A DNA stretch of 64,000 bases from Camelus ferus (lineage: Eukaryota): NCBI RefSeq assembly GCF_009834535.1, contig NC_045716.1:14756001-14820000 (forward strand), written 5' to 3'. The position numbers and the translations under genes were made by a program. The notes below the pieces were generated by a model. The model saw only the letters and a list, made by a program, of their open reading frames with translations, did no database searches and was not told where the DNA came from. Positions 1 to 11,495 of this stretch are shown one piece after another. Position 1 is the stretch's first letter, and every line of letters begins with the position of its first letter.

Positions 1-140
1 TGCCTCCTTGACAGAAAGGGGCAGAATTTTCAACTGAAACTGCCACCACTGACTACTAGCCCCTCGCCTCTCCCTCCATGACTGGGAACCAGTTCTGGCC
101 CCAGACAGGCCTCCAAGGGCGCTGCCGTGTTCCCACTCAC

Positions 141-257
141 CTCCACTTTGTACTTCTTGCGGGCCTTGGCAACGTTGACGGCTAGGTGCCCCACCAGGAT
201 GAAGCTGGCAGCACCCGTCAGAATCACGAAACCGTATTCCTTAGAGAGGACAGCCAT
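141..257 (-). CDS. MGST3: Microsomal glutathione S-transferase 3 (MAPEG family), first coding exon (39 codons); gene continues left of the window
   Basis: Translates to [39 protein letters not shown], recognisably the mammalian MGST3 N-terminus. ATG at 257-255; donor GAG|gtgagt after 141; acceptor ttccttccgcag|AGCCAGG before 264 (exon 141-264, 7 nt of 5' UTR). Confidence 0.97.
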
Positions 258-1139
258 CCTGGCTCTGCGGAAGGAAGAACACATTAGGGTACCGCCCCGC
301 AGGGGGCCTCAGGAGGGTGATGCTTCGTTACCAGCAAATGTATCCTGATAGATCAAAAAGAGGTGTGAGTGATTGATGTTTCTAAGAGGTAGTTAGAAAT
401 ACTACTGTACACCACACAGCAAAATTTAAAAAAATTATTCAAGTCTGCAACACAGACACAGAAAAGTTGACGATCATATCGTATGTTTTCTTCTGTATCT
501 GCGTTCTTTTGATCACCACTGCATTTGTGAGATTTATCCATGCCATTGCAGTATCCTATCACAGAAGAGTATGGCCACTAAAAACATCACAATTTGAAAA
601 AATATTTAACGAGGCAAAATGCTAAAGAATTTATTAAATTATGAGAGAGAGAGATGGAGAGGGAAAGAGAAACAGGACATAAAGTATTAAGCACACAGTG
701 ATTCCAAGTTTTTTGTTTTTTTGGCATAGGGGACACTGTGAGCAGGAACCTTAGGGTCCCCCTCCGATCCAGGGGCACGTGCTGGTTCAGTGGCAGAAAT
801 ATCGCATGTAGGGAAGGGATCAGTTCTAGTGCTCTGAAAGCAGAGCGTGGCTCTGGGCAGCTCCCGGAGAACCCAAGTTGTTCGTCAGATGATCACTTCC
901 AGGCTAACCCCATGACAGGTTCTGATGCCTGCAATGCAACTTATTTTAAAAGGCATCCAAAATGATGATATAAACTCACAGCAAAACATTAATTATAGAA
1001 CCTGGGTGGCAGCCACGTGGACGTTCAATGTACAATTCTTTCAACTTTTCTGCGTGTTTGAAAAGTTTCATAATAAAATGTTTGGAGAGAAAGCTAATCT
1101 CAGCATTTTTCAGTATTCAGCAATTTCAGCTCTTTTAGC

Positions 1140-1332
1140 NNNNNNNNNNNNNNNNNNNNNNNNNNNNNNNNNNNNNNNNNNNNNNNNNNNNNNNNNNNNN
1201 NNNNNNNNNNNNNNNNNNNNNNNNNNNNNNNNNNNNNNNNNNNNNNNNNNNNNNNNNNNNNNNNNNNNNNNNNNNNNNNNNNNNNNNNNNNNNNNNNNNN
1301 NNNNNNNNNNNNNNNNNNNNNNNNNNNNNNNN
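1140..1332. other. Assembly gap (others at 38158-38303, 49914-50109, 62126-62326)
   Basis: Runs of N. Confidence 1.
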
Positions 1333-1520
1333 AGGAAAATGCAGTGGGTGGAAGGAAGCCCTAATAATGTCAAGGTAGGTTAGAGCTGTCCTCCAACCTC
1401 TCTGAGCAGGTGTTAAAAAGGTCAGATTATGGCAGGACATGGAGAAACAGCTCTAGTGCTTCCAGAGATCCTTAGCTGCTGGCCATCATGTGCACGGCTG
1501 CCACAGGCTGGCAGCTATAT

Positions 1521-1831
1521 TGAGTGAAGAAAATCAGAAAGAGGACGAGTATCATATGATATCACTTATATGTGCAATTAAAAAAAAATCTACAAATGAG
1601 CTTATTTACAAAACAAATATACTCACAGACACAGAAAACAAGTTTATGGTTACCAAAGAGGAAAGGGAGGAGAGGGATAAATTGGCAATTTGGGATTAAC
1701 AGATACACACTACTGTATATAAAGCCAATAACAAGGTCGTACTGCACAGCACAGGGAACTATATTCAAGTACCTCGTGATAACCTATAATGGAAGGGAAT
1801 CTGAAAAAGCTTATATATATAGAGACAGATA

Positions 1832-1835
<4 letters not shown>
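1521..1835 (+). mobile_element. Cetartiodactyl L1 3' fragment
   Basis: atcatatgatatcacttatatgtg...ggttacc...cagcacagggaactatattcaa motifs; followed by (TA)n at 1836-1863. Confidence 0.85.
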
Positions 1836-1866
<31 letters not shown>

Positions 1867-4855
1867 TTTTTTTTTAGGCATTCTCACTAGCAACCCAACA
1901 AAATGGTACTATCACTGTTTCCAAAGAGTGCCCAAAAGTTCAGTAATGTTCCCAAGGTCCAAAAGAGAAGGTATCAGAGCTGGGATTCAAATTTAGATTC
2001 CAATTCAGTTCCAATGTTCCCTTTGCAATCCCACTTGAAAATGCAGAGCTGAACTGACACTGGGATGACAGCATCTTTCGCAATGTGGAATGTGGGGCTG
2101 GCAAGCAGCTCGCTCATTCATTCATTTGCTGATTCATTCATTCATTCATAAGCCGCTCAGTTCTTTAAAAGTAAGTTTCCCTCAAGTCTGCAAAATAACA
2201 TTTGAGGCCAAAGTCCTAAAACCTGTCTGTCCCCCACCATGGTTCACAACAGTTCTCATCCGTTTCTCCTTTACCGGGGCACCCACCGTCTCCTCCTCCG
2301 GGAGGGAGACACACATTGGGAAGGGCCACCCTCATGACTGAACACTGGAATCACCTCCAGGCCAGCCTCTCCCAGGCCACCTTGTGTGGCCACACACAGC
2401 AAGGAGTCTTTGGCTGCCCTCCAAGCTTCCCTGCCCTCATTCTCTTCTAGGATTAGACGTTTCCAGAGTTTAGAAAATCAGCTCAGGGAGGAAGTTTTTT
2501 AGTAGTAGTTATTAAAACAAAAAATATGGAGTCAACACCGAACACCTCTTTGAAAATAAACACGATGACCTGACATCCCTGGAGTTCAAAACATTTGGGC
2601 CAATCAGGCCATTTAAAGCTGCCTCTCACTCTGTCAAAAGCCAGCTGTTTAAGAATGATATAATTGAGCATATCCGGTTTAGGTCAAAGTCTGCAAGTTG
2701 AGAGTCTGCCCAGACCTCACCTTTGGACAGGAGGAGGCTGGGCTCCCGCACAGCCTGGAGTCCCCTCGTGTTAGTGCAGACTTTTCAGCTCACTTTTAAT
2801 CTTTGCAAAAATCCCATAAGCTCCATTTGACAGAAAAGGAAACGGAGGCTCAGGTAGAGAGAAGAAGGCAATGCTAAGGCCGGAGCAGTTTTAAAAATTC
2901 TTCCCCAAATCCTCCAACTAGCCAGGCAAGGCATTAGACTTTGGTGGTTGAGCCACTGGCCTCTCTCTTCTGATCTGTCAGAGCTTGGGTAGGGGAGTCT
3001 AGGTGGCAGGACAAACCCTCTTTAGATGTTTGTTGCAGGCCATGAACACTCAGAAAGGCAACCGACTGCTCAAAAATATGCAATTAGAAATTAATATTTA
3101 CTACTAAGCTCCTCTTCCAAAGTATAAATGCAATCCGGGAGGTTAAACTCTTGGGTATTTTGGTCAAAGTGACTCCCCTCACTTTGCTAGGGTGAGAGGT
3201 ATTGAAGGAAAAGGGCCCTGGCTGTGGGCAAGCAGAGCCAGGAACAATGCCTTGAAGGGCAGGGAATTTATAGTAAGGGGGACCCGGAGTCTGACGCTAG
3301 CATGGGTGGTTTGCAAAGGACCGAGTAATCAGTCAGGAAACAGCGAGTGTGCTAGGGGCAGGAGGAGGAAGGCGGCCCTTCCCGAGGCTCTCACTGCAGA
3401 AGCCACAGTCACAGCAGCACAGGTGGAGGAGCCAAGCCTGTTCCCCGCTCCCTGACACCTCCTTGCACTCTGACTGGGTAAGGAATCCTGCTTCATCCGC
3501 CACCTCTTCCAGCACCTCCCAGCTGGCGTGATCAGGGCTAGAACAGAGAGCGCAGCCAAATGCATCAGCTGCTCAGCTCCCAGGTGGGAGGGTCTGGCAT
3601 CCTCCATGCCAAGCACGGAGCATGTGCTTATAGGAAGCTGCGGAATAAACGAAGCAAGCTGAAGGTCCAGGTGGCTTTCACAATGACCCCTCCAGCTGAG
3701 AGAATGTCCCTCACCCGGCACGGTGCCTGGCATAAAGTGTGTTGCTAAGCAATGCCAGTTTCTCTTTTTCCCTTCAAAAGTATCTACTGAAGCAATGGAA
3801 GCAACTTGGATGTATGAATTCCTGGAGAAAGGAGGGCAGAACACAACGGAGAGCTCTGTCACCAAACATAAAACCAATGGGGACTGAAAAACGTTTCAGG
3901 CTTGTCCTTTAAGGAAAGAATCAGTTTAATTCACTCAGGGTTCAAAAAACAAAGGACAGAACTTCATCACTTGCTGAATCCTTATTTTCTGAGGAATTCA
4001 GGGCAAAGGGATAGACACTCCTGCCCCCCTTCATGGGTGTGGGCGCGCGTGCCTGCACTGGGATAGGGGAGGCAGTTCAGTTCACGATGGCCACATCCCA
4101 GGCAGCCCCAGCCACACCCGAGGCTGGGCCAGCCCCGCAGTTACCAGATAGCTCCCGGCGCACAGGCTTGAGAAGCTGATAAGTGGTACCAAACCTCTCT
4201 CTGGTGTGAACACTCATTTGGGCTGCACACCACCATTTGTTGATTATATACGTGCTCCGTGTCACCAGCAACCCTTATATTAACCCAACAAGATAAGGTT
4301 CTTGGGGGTGGGAGCCCTGCCCTGGACTTTGCCTTCTACATGGTACTAGACACACAGCACTCAGTCCAACGTTCCTTGTGCAGCCGAACTTTTATCGCTG
4401 TTGTAGATTACTCTGTAACTCATTTGGTTGTATAACAGCATTTGTTAATCATCATGCAGTTTTCAAGGTTAATCACACATCAGCTATCGAGATTAAAATT
4501 TATGACTTTTATAAATAAAAATTAATTTTGGTACCCATTTAATTAAAAGTACTTAGTTTGCAATATTGCATGCTCCTGGGGAAAGTGTAAAACAGAACCA
4601 TCTGGAGGACAGCCTGGCAGCAGGCAGTTAAGATGCTTTACATTGATCTTACCTTTTATTCATTAATTCTCCTGGGAATCTATCCTGAGGTAATAACCAG
4701 GAATGGGAACAGATCTGGTTCAAAGACATTCACTTTAGCGCTATTTATAACAGCAAAAATTGAAATGGTACAGATGTCCAAACAAAGAGGGCTAATTAAA
4801 TAATACAATGGTAAAACAGAATATTATATAACCATTAAAAACTGGTGTGTACAAA

Positions 4856-5139
4856 TCAGAAATAAAACTCACGGACATAAAAAACAAGCTGTGGTTACCA
4901 GGAGAGAAGAAGGGGAGGGATCCATTAAGAGTTTGGGATTCACAGACATAATTACTATATATAAAATAGATAAACAACAAGGACCGACTACATAGCACAG
5001 GGAAATATACTCAATTTCTTGTAATGAGCTGTAATGGAAAAGAATCTGAAAAAATATATATAACTGACTCGCTTTGCTGTACACATGAAACTAACACTGT
5101 AAATCAACTACACTTCAATAAAAAAAAGAATTAAAAAAA
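4856..5139 (+). mobile_element. 5'-truncated L1 with 13-bp TSD inside an older L1ME fragment (~4560-5400)
   Basis: TSD TGGTGTGTACAAA at 4843-4855 and 5140-5152, TT/AAAA target, AATAAA plus A tail. Confidence 0.85.
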
Positions 5140-5409
5140 TGGTGTGTACAAACCTTAAAGATGTTGAAACAGGCTTACTAAACAGCATGTTTGTTGAAAA
5201 AAAGAAGACAAAAAGTGTATACCTTCGTTTTCTCATTCGAAAAAAAGAATGAAGAAAAAAATATCAAAATCATAAGCATAGTGATTTCTAGATGGCTGAA
5301 CTATGGATCTTCCTTTGTACTTTTCTATAATGTCCCAAATAAGCACATGCATACTAAAAAAGTTATATAAAATGGTCTGACAACAATTAGTAATTGAGGA
5401 GACAGAGGA

Positions 5410-5715
5410 ACAGCAGTATGTTATGGTGGAACCAAAGAATCAGACCTGACTTCTAGCTTGAATCCATCCTCACTTATCTGCTACAGTGCAGCGACAGCCT
5501 TGCAGGGAATTAAACTGTCTGGGTTCCGAACCTGGTTCTCACATTCCTAGCTGTGTGTCCTTGGGAAAATTATTTGACATCTTTCAGCCGCCTTGGTTTC
5601 CTCATTTATTAATTGGAAAAAATAGCACCTACCCCACCCCAAATGGCTGTTGTGACACTAAGTGGAGACACTGTCTCTGAACACCCACCACACACAGTAA
5701 GTACTCGACAAATGC
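5410..5715 (+). mobile_element. MIR SINE fragments
   Basis: ctagctgtgtgtccttgggaaaattatttgac...ggtttcctcatt...cagtaagtactcgacaaatg core. Confidence 0.65.
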
Positions 5716-5889
5716 TATGTATCAGGTTATATTATGCGTGACAATGTTCTGTTAGCTGTCTTTGCCCTGATTCAGTTATAAAAGGGGATGTTGGCTATGT
5801 GATTGAAATACATTTAAGAATTTATAATTTATAATTAGCATTTTAAAATAGCAAACAAGCTTAGACCTACATTTATTTCCTTCTTCTTT

Positions 5890-6030
5890 TTAAAAATTTT
5901 ATTATTATTATTAGCTGGGGAGGTAATTAGGTTTACTTATTTATTTTTTGATGGCAGTACTGGGGATTGAACCCAAGACCTTGTGCATGCTAGGCATGCG
6001 CTCTACCACTTAGCTATAACCAACCCCCCT
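5890..6030 (-). mobile_element. Camelid tRNA-derived SINE (Vic-1 type)
   Basis: Reverse reads tatagctaagtggtagagcgcatgcctagcatgcacaaggtcttgggttcaatccccagtac...aaacctaattacctcccc plus A-rich tail. Confidence 0.8.
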
Positions 6031-6689
6031 TCCCCTCCTTTTCTGAACTGTTAGTAGCCAGCCATGTTAAAATATATTATCTGAAAAGCAGGAGTATTCA
6101 GGAGGAAGCAGATTTCCAGGGCTGACTATGGAAATCAGCAAACTGCAGTCATTCAGACCCTCCCTGTGGCCAGACACGCTCATTCCTGCGTGGGGCTAAG
6201 TGTGCATTCATTTACTTGTTCAAGTTTATCGAGTGCCTACTATGTGCCGCTCACTGAACCAGTGCTGGAGATGAAGAGGTGAACAAGCCGAGACTTTGGT
6301 CCCTGCCCGCAGGAAGCTCATGTTCTATTTGGGGAAACAGGCAAATAAGTTAAAAAAAAGTAACCAACTCCAGATTTTTCCCTTCGTAGTAATGATCAGA
6401 AACTGAGTGCAAAATCCCCCCACAAAAATGAAACTAAACAGGTTGGGGAAAGGCAGAAATAGGACAGAAGAGTTTCTGTTCTCTCTTATTAGTAATCATA
6501 GAGTTAACTGCTTCCTGGCAGTCTTGAAAATAGTTCAGTTGAGAAACCATGAAAGGGAAGGTTTAGAGAAATTAGTTTTTATTTTATTTAGAAAGTTCTT
6601 GCCACTTATATCACAGTAGAGAGATTTTGGGGAATATTTTTATTCCTAACAGTCTTGAATACTGTTTATGATTTGTCCTCTCCTGAGGG

Positions 6690-6880
6690 AAAACCCATGG
6701 GGGGTGAGACAGTGGGAATCTTGGAGTTAGACCTCTGTTCAGACCCTGCCTCTGGGAGCTTGGAAATGTCATTTCTCTACCAAATGGAAGAATACTATTT
6801 ACTTCACAGGATGGTTTGAGGAGTTCAGTGAGATAAACTAGATAAGCATCTGGTATGAGCACTTAATAAACGTTGGTCCA
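6690..6880 (+). mobile_element. MIR SINE
   Basis: ttggagttagacct...aaatggaagaatactatttacttcacaggatggtttgagg...gagcacttaataaacg. Confidence 0.65.
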
Positions 6881-7149
6881 AACACAAAGACATACTGTAC
6901 ATAGTGGCAAGTGTACACATCTATCCACATACATACTACTTCCTAAATAGGGAGATACTGATTTTTCTCCAAATCAATGCTGTCCTCTGACTTAGAAATT
7001 AGTTCTGATAGTGTTTGGGATAGACTCAAATTTGGCAAAAGGCTGGTCTACTTAAGATTCCTAAGTGGACAGCATAATGAGTCTATAAGAAGTTAGTTTC
7101 CTAGAGTGGAGTTAGTTTCCTAGTGTGGACGGCATGAGTTCAAGAACAC

Positions 7150-7625
7150 TTAATTCACTTATTCAACCACAATAGGCAAAGTGCTTACTAGATGCCAGGT
7201 GCTGTTTAGGTGGAGGGGGTACAGCAATGGACAAGATGCAGTCCCTGATCTCAAGGCATTGACATTCTAATGACGACAGAAGACTGACAACCAATAGGCC
7301 AACAAACTCAACCTGCGAGGGTGATGGCTATTATGGAGAACACACAGGGCAGTGGTGTAGAGACAATGGGCAGGGGCTATCTCTTGGGGTCACCCAGGGA
7401 AGATCTTTTTCTGCGGCAACATCTGCACTGACACATGCACGAGGAAGAAACAGCCACACAACATTATGGGGAAAAGAATATTCCAATCAGAGGGAACAGC
7501 AAGTGCAAAGGCCCTGGGGTGGGAGGAGGAAACGCCTGGCCCCCAGTGAATGGGGGAAACAGTAGGGGATAAGGTTAGAGAGGACAGATCCAGTTATGAG
7601 AGGGACTTCAAATGCCATTTAACAG
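7150..7625 (-). mobile_element. L2 LINE 3' fragment
   Basis: ttcacttattcaacc...gtgcttactagatgccaggtgctg...aagtgcaaaggccctgggg pattern. Confidence 0.7.
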
Positions 7626-10600
7626 TCACTGCTTCCTGCTTCTCCTTCCAGGACTAAGATGGGAGGTGCAGAGGAAGAAAAGGTATAAAACTGTTAAGTG
7701 TTAGCAGAAGAAGCATCACTTCCCAAAGGGAAAGGTGTCTGACCAAGCAAACACCCACCACTATTAATTAGGTGAGCCCTCGTGTGGATTCAACTCCTAC
7801 ACATGGAAAAAGCTTTCCAGGTATGAAAAGGGACCAGGAACAGCACAGACCCTAAAAGGAAGGAAGCAACAGTTCTGAAAAGGGGGAAGTGGACACCTCT
7901 GCCAAGAAGCACGAACAGACCAAGAAAATGCTCTTGGCTTTGGTGAGGAGGACCCTGCGATGGCCAGGTTCTAGGGGAATGGCAGGAGTAGAAGCCCATG
8001 CACTGAGGGTTAAGAGACAAGTGAACTGTGAGGCAATACATCTCAGGCAGTTCTGCCTCCTAAGTTTGCTCCCGTTGTCCAGTCCTGACAATATGGCCCC
8101 ATGTGCAAGTTCTACTCCTTTCCGCGAAGCCTTTCTTCCTGATGGACCCTCACTGGCCACAGGCTCTGCCTTTGGATGTCTGCTTATTTCAAGAACACTT
8201 TAGAAACCGAATTATTTCTATAATACGTATTTTTTAACAGCAGCACTTCTATTTGTAACTTTTTAACTTATCAAAATATTTGTTACTAGACAAACATGAC
8301 TTTCTGAGGACATATCAGGTTGGGAGAAAAAAAACTAAGAACAGTATTTTGAAGCAGGTGCGGTATGGGACAAGGGGCAGCAGAAAAGCCCCAGGCCACA
8401 GTGGGTTTCTAGGGAGAGAATCCTGGCGCCCGGCTGACCAGTGGAGCCTTGAGGTCTACAGGACAGCATGGTGGGTGCAGTGGTACTTGGGGAAACAACT
8501 CTTGGGTGAAGCCAGTGAGTAGACACCCAGTAGATTTTTTTTAAAGCAATAAGGCACCATTGTAAAATCTCCTTTTAGGAGTGATCGAGCTTGGACTTAA
8601 AATGAGGCAGTGTTGGTCTCACCCCAGAAGACATGCTCGACACCTGAGTTAGCAACCAGGAGCTCCATTATGCTATTTGGCTACGGAACTCTCCTCCAGG
8701 AATTCTACTGACTACTCCAGTGCTCACATTTGGCTCAACCTTTCCTTCAAATTCCTGCTTCTGCCACCTCCTGCCTTATCTCACTGGGGCAGGGGTTCCT
8801 TCAGTTATGAAAGGATTACTCAGAGAACTTCCGGAACTAAGTTCAACAGAACACTCCTGGGGTGAAGCTCTCCTTCACCATTTACTCCACACTCTCTTGG
8901 CTGCCAAGAGAAACTCCCTGGGGCACAGTCAACCCTGTACAAATGGAGCAAAGGGCAGGCTTTTTAACTTGGGCACTTGCCTCAAATATAATTTACAACT
9001 TCTGGGCCATGAAGTAACAACAATTTATCTTTTACTAAATGAAAATCAATCAAATGTTTTAAAGAAGAGAGGATTTCAACTTTCAGCTCTCTTTTGTCCT
9101 CAAACAGATAAACAAAAGCCTGCTTGGACAATGAACGGTAACCCCTACTTCCATGTGCAAGATAGTTCTGCTCAAACCATACTGTAATTTCTCAGTGGAG
9201 TCTTTTTTTTTTTTTTCTTCAATGCATCATGATGGGATGGTGCTAATGCATTCACAGACTGACTTGGAGCCATTCCCCCAAATTTCATTAAAATCCTTAT
9301 TTGGCTGCCTGTGCTATTAATCCAATCTTCCTTATATATGCTCCTTTATTTTACATGGCAAAATTCAGCATTTTCATGAGAATAACACAAGGATGGTAAC
9401 TTAAAGAGCTTCGTCTTGATTATGTCAACTGGACTTCCATCAGTCCCCAAACTGGGATGTCATTCCGAAACCTCTGAGGTTGTGCTGCTTAAAGCACCCT
9501 TTTAATGAGACAGCTGCCCAGCCTCACTTCTGCCTCCAGATGTTTCTACAAAGGAACAGTCCTCAAAATTATCTCCCGGCAGGGCAGCTGAGCCCACTTA
9601 AAGCTAAATGGAGAAATTTGTGAACCTAGAGGGAAGCAGCCCCAAAAGTAATTCCCTGTTTCCATGTTGAGAGAGAAAAAAGGAGAGTCACAGGATTTCT
9701 TGGCTCCATCTGACATTTTTAAAATGCCAGTCTGATCACCTCTACATCAAAGAGATGATAAAATTTGTTTAAGTATCAAAGTTTCAAATGACAACTAGAC
9801 GTGAAAAAGAGTGCATGGACAGTTAAGAAATAATAACCAAGTGAGGAAAAATAACTGCCCCCCGCTATTGTGTTGCATATTTAGAAGGTATTTCTCTAAA
9901 GGCTAAAAATGAAAAGTTAGTGGAACAGGCGGATCATTATTTGTCTAGCCCTTGATTATTTATTAACTCAAGTGAGGCAAACAGCAGAGGCAGGTCATAC
10001 AGTGGGTCTATCTCAGTTTCTCATATTCTTTCATTTCTCATCAATGTTGCTGGCAGAACACTTGGAAAGTGGAAAGTGAACTATAAGTTAGCTATCTTTT
10101 AAAGAGACAAATGTCCTATAATCCAAATATATTCAGCTTTATGGTTAAATAGCCACAGCTCGGTCGTATAAGATATTCTAGTTTCACATGTCATTTTAAT
10201 CCCCAATTCCAACACTCTGGTGAACTGTCAGCGCCCAGGACAATGGATACATTACCGCGCTGGGCGGGAGTGGGAAGGGGGAGGGAAGGAGCGGCCTGAT
10301 ACTCAAGTTCAAGTGAATGTTTCCTGGTTATGTGGGAGGAGCCTGCATGGACACAAACTCTGCTAAGGCCAAATAAGCAAATAACCTGCTCTCTTTTTCT
10401 CTGGAGTCTGACTTCTGCATGAAAAGGCACTAAACACACATCCTTAACTGGAACTGAGCCTCCTCTGGGAAAAACTGGTAATTCAGCTCTTTAGGAATCT
10501 AAGAATAATAGTTTAAGACAGAACAAATACGAGGTTTCCCTGTTTACGTGACAACAAACTTTCCCAAACAAACTCTGGACATGAAATGCCCTATGGGCGA

Positions 10601-11299
10601 GAGTTCCTTGATGGCGCGACACCTCACCCAGAAGTCCCGGGCCACGCTGGACCATCTGGAGCCGAGCCTCCCAGGAGATGTGATCCCAGGGACAGACCAC
10701 AGGATATTTCCCACGGTCTGAAGGCACCCATCTCAGAGGACAGGGGGGAGAATGGGGAAAAGTCACGGAATGAGGAAGAAAATAAAAACTTCATAAAAAT
10801 TCATTCAAGGGAGCTGATCTGATAAAGTCAGTGCAGGACGACAAACCATTTTACCGAGATAGAATGCTCACTTTCAGTCCACACCTACCACCTTCCTCAG
10901 TATTGCATCAGTGACTCCTTCCCTGATTTATCCCCTACTGAATGCCAGGTACCACGTGAGGGGCAGGGCTACGACGATGATCAAGACTGAGAAGGACGGT
11001 CCTGACCCTCCAGAATACAGAGTTAAATGGAGGGAGACACCTTAGCAGGATCATGATGGGGAAGGTAACAGACTGCGATAAAGGCTCTGAAGGACGTACA
11101 CAGTGATGCGAGAGCAAGGACACAGGGAGATAAAATGGCAAGGACATAGGTGTGGAGACAGGAAAGGAAGAAAAAGGAGACCAGTGTTGGCCAAAGGGTA
11201 GCGATACAGACTAGAGGAAGAATGGTACGAGAAATCAGTGATTACTAATAATACTTTATCAGCATATATATTATTTAACTGTGTCACACAGTTCCACAT

Positions 11300-11495
11300 A
11301 GTTCATCCATATTAACTCATTTAAATCCTTATGGCATCCCTATAATATATTATTATCCCATTTTGCAAATGAGGAAACAGCATCAGAGAGGTTAAGTAAT
11401 CTGCCCAGGGTCACACAGTTATCACAGAGAAAGCCTGGATTCACCCAGAGCCAGGCAGTCTGGCTCCGGAGTCTGTGCTCTTGACCTTTGGCTAT
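11300..11495 (-). mobile_element. MIR SINE
   Basis: ttattatcccattttgcaaatgaggaaacag...gaggttaagtaatctgcccagggtcacacag. Confidence 0.8.

Noticed and set aside
30-284. 84-aa ORF as a full protein
   Set aside because: Only 141-257 is MGST3 coding; the rest is intron read-through past the splice sites.
1110-1440. ORFs containing X runs (also at 38 kb, 50 kb, 62 kb)
   Set aside because: Artefacts of translating N gaps.
7091-7128. 19-bp x2 tandem duplication
   Set aside because: Common slippage product with no functional context.
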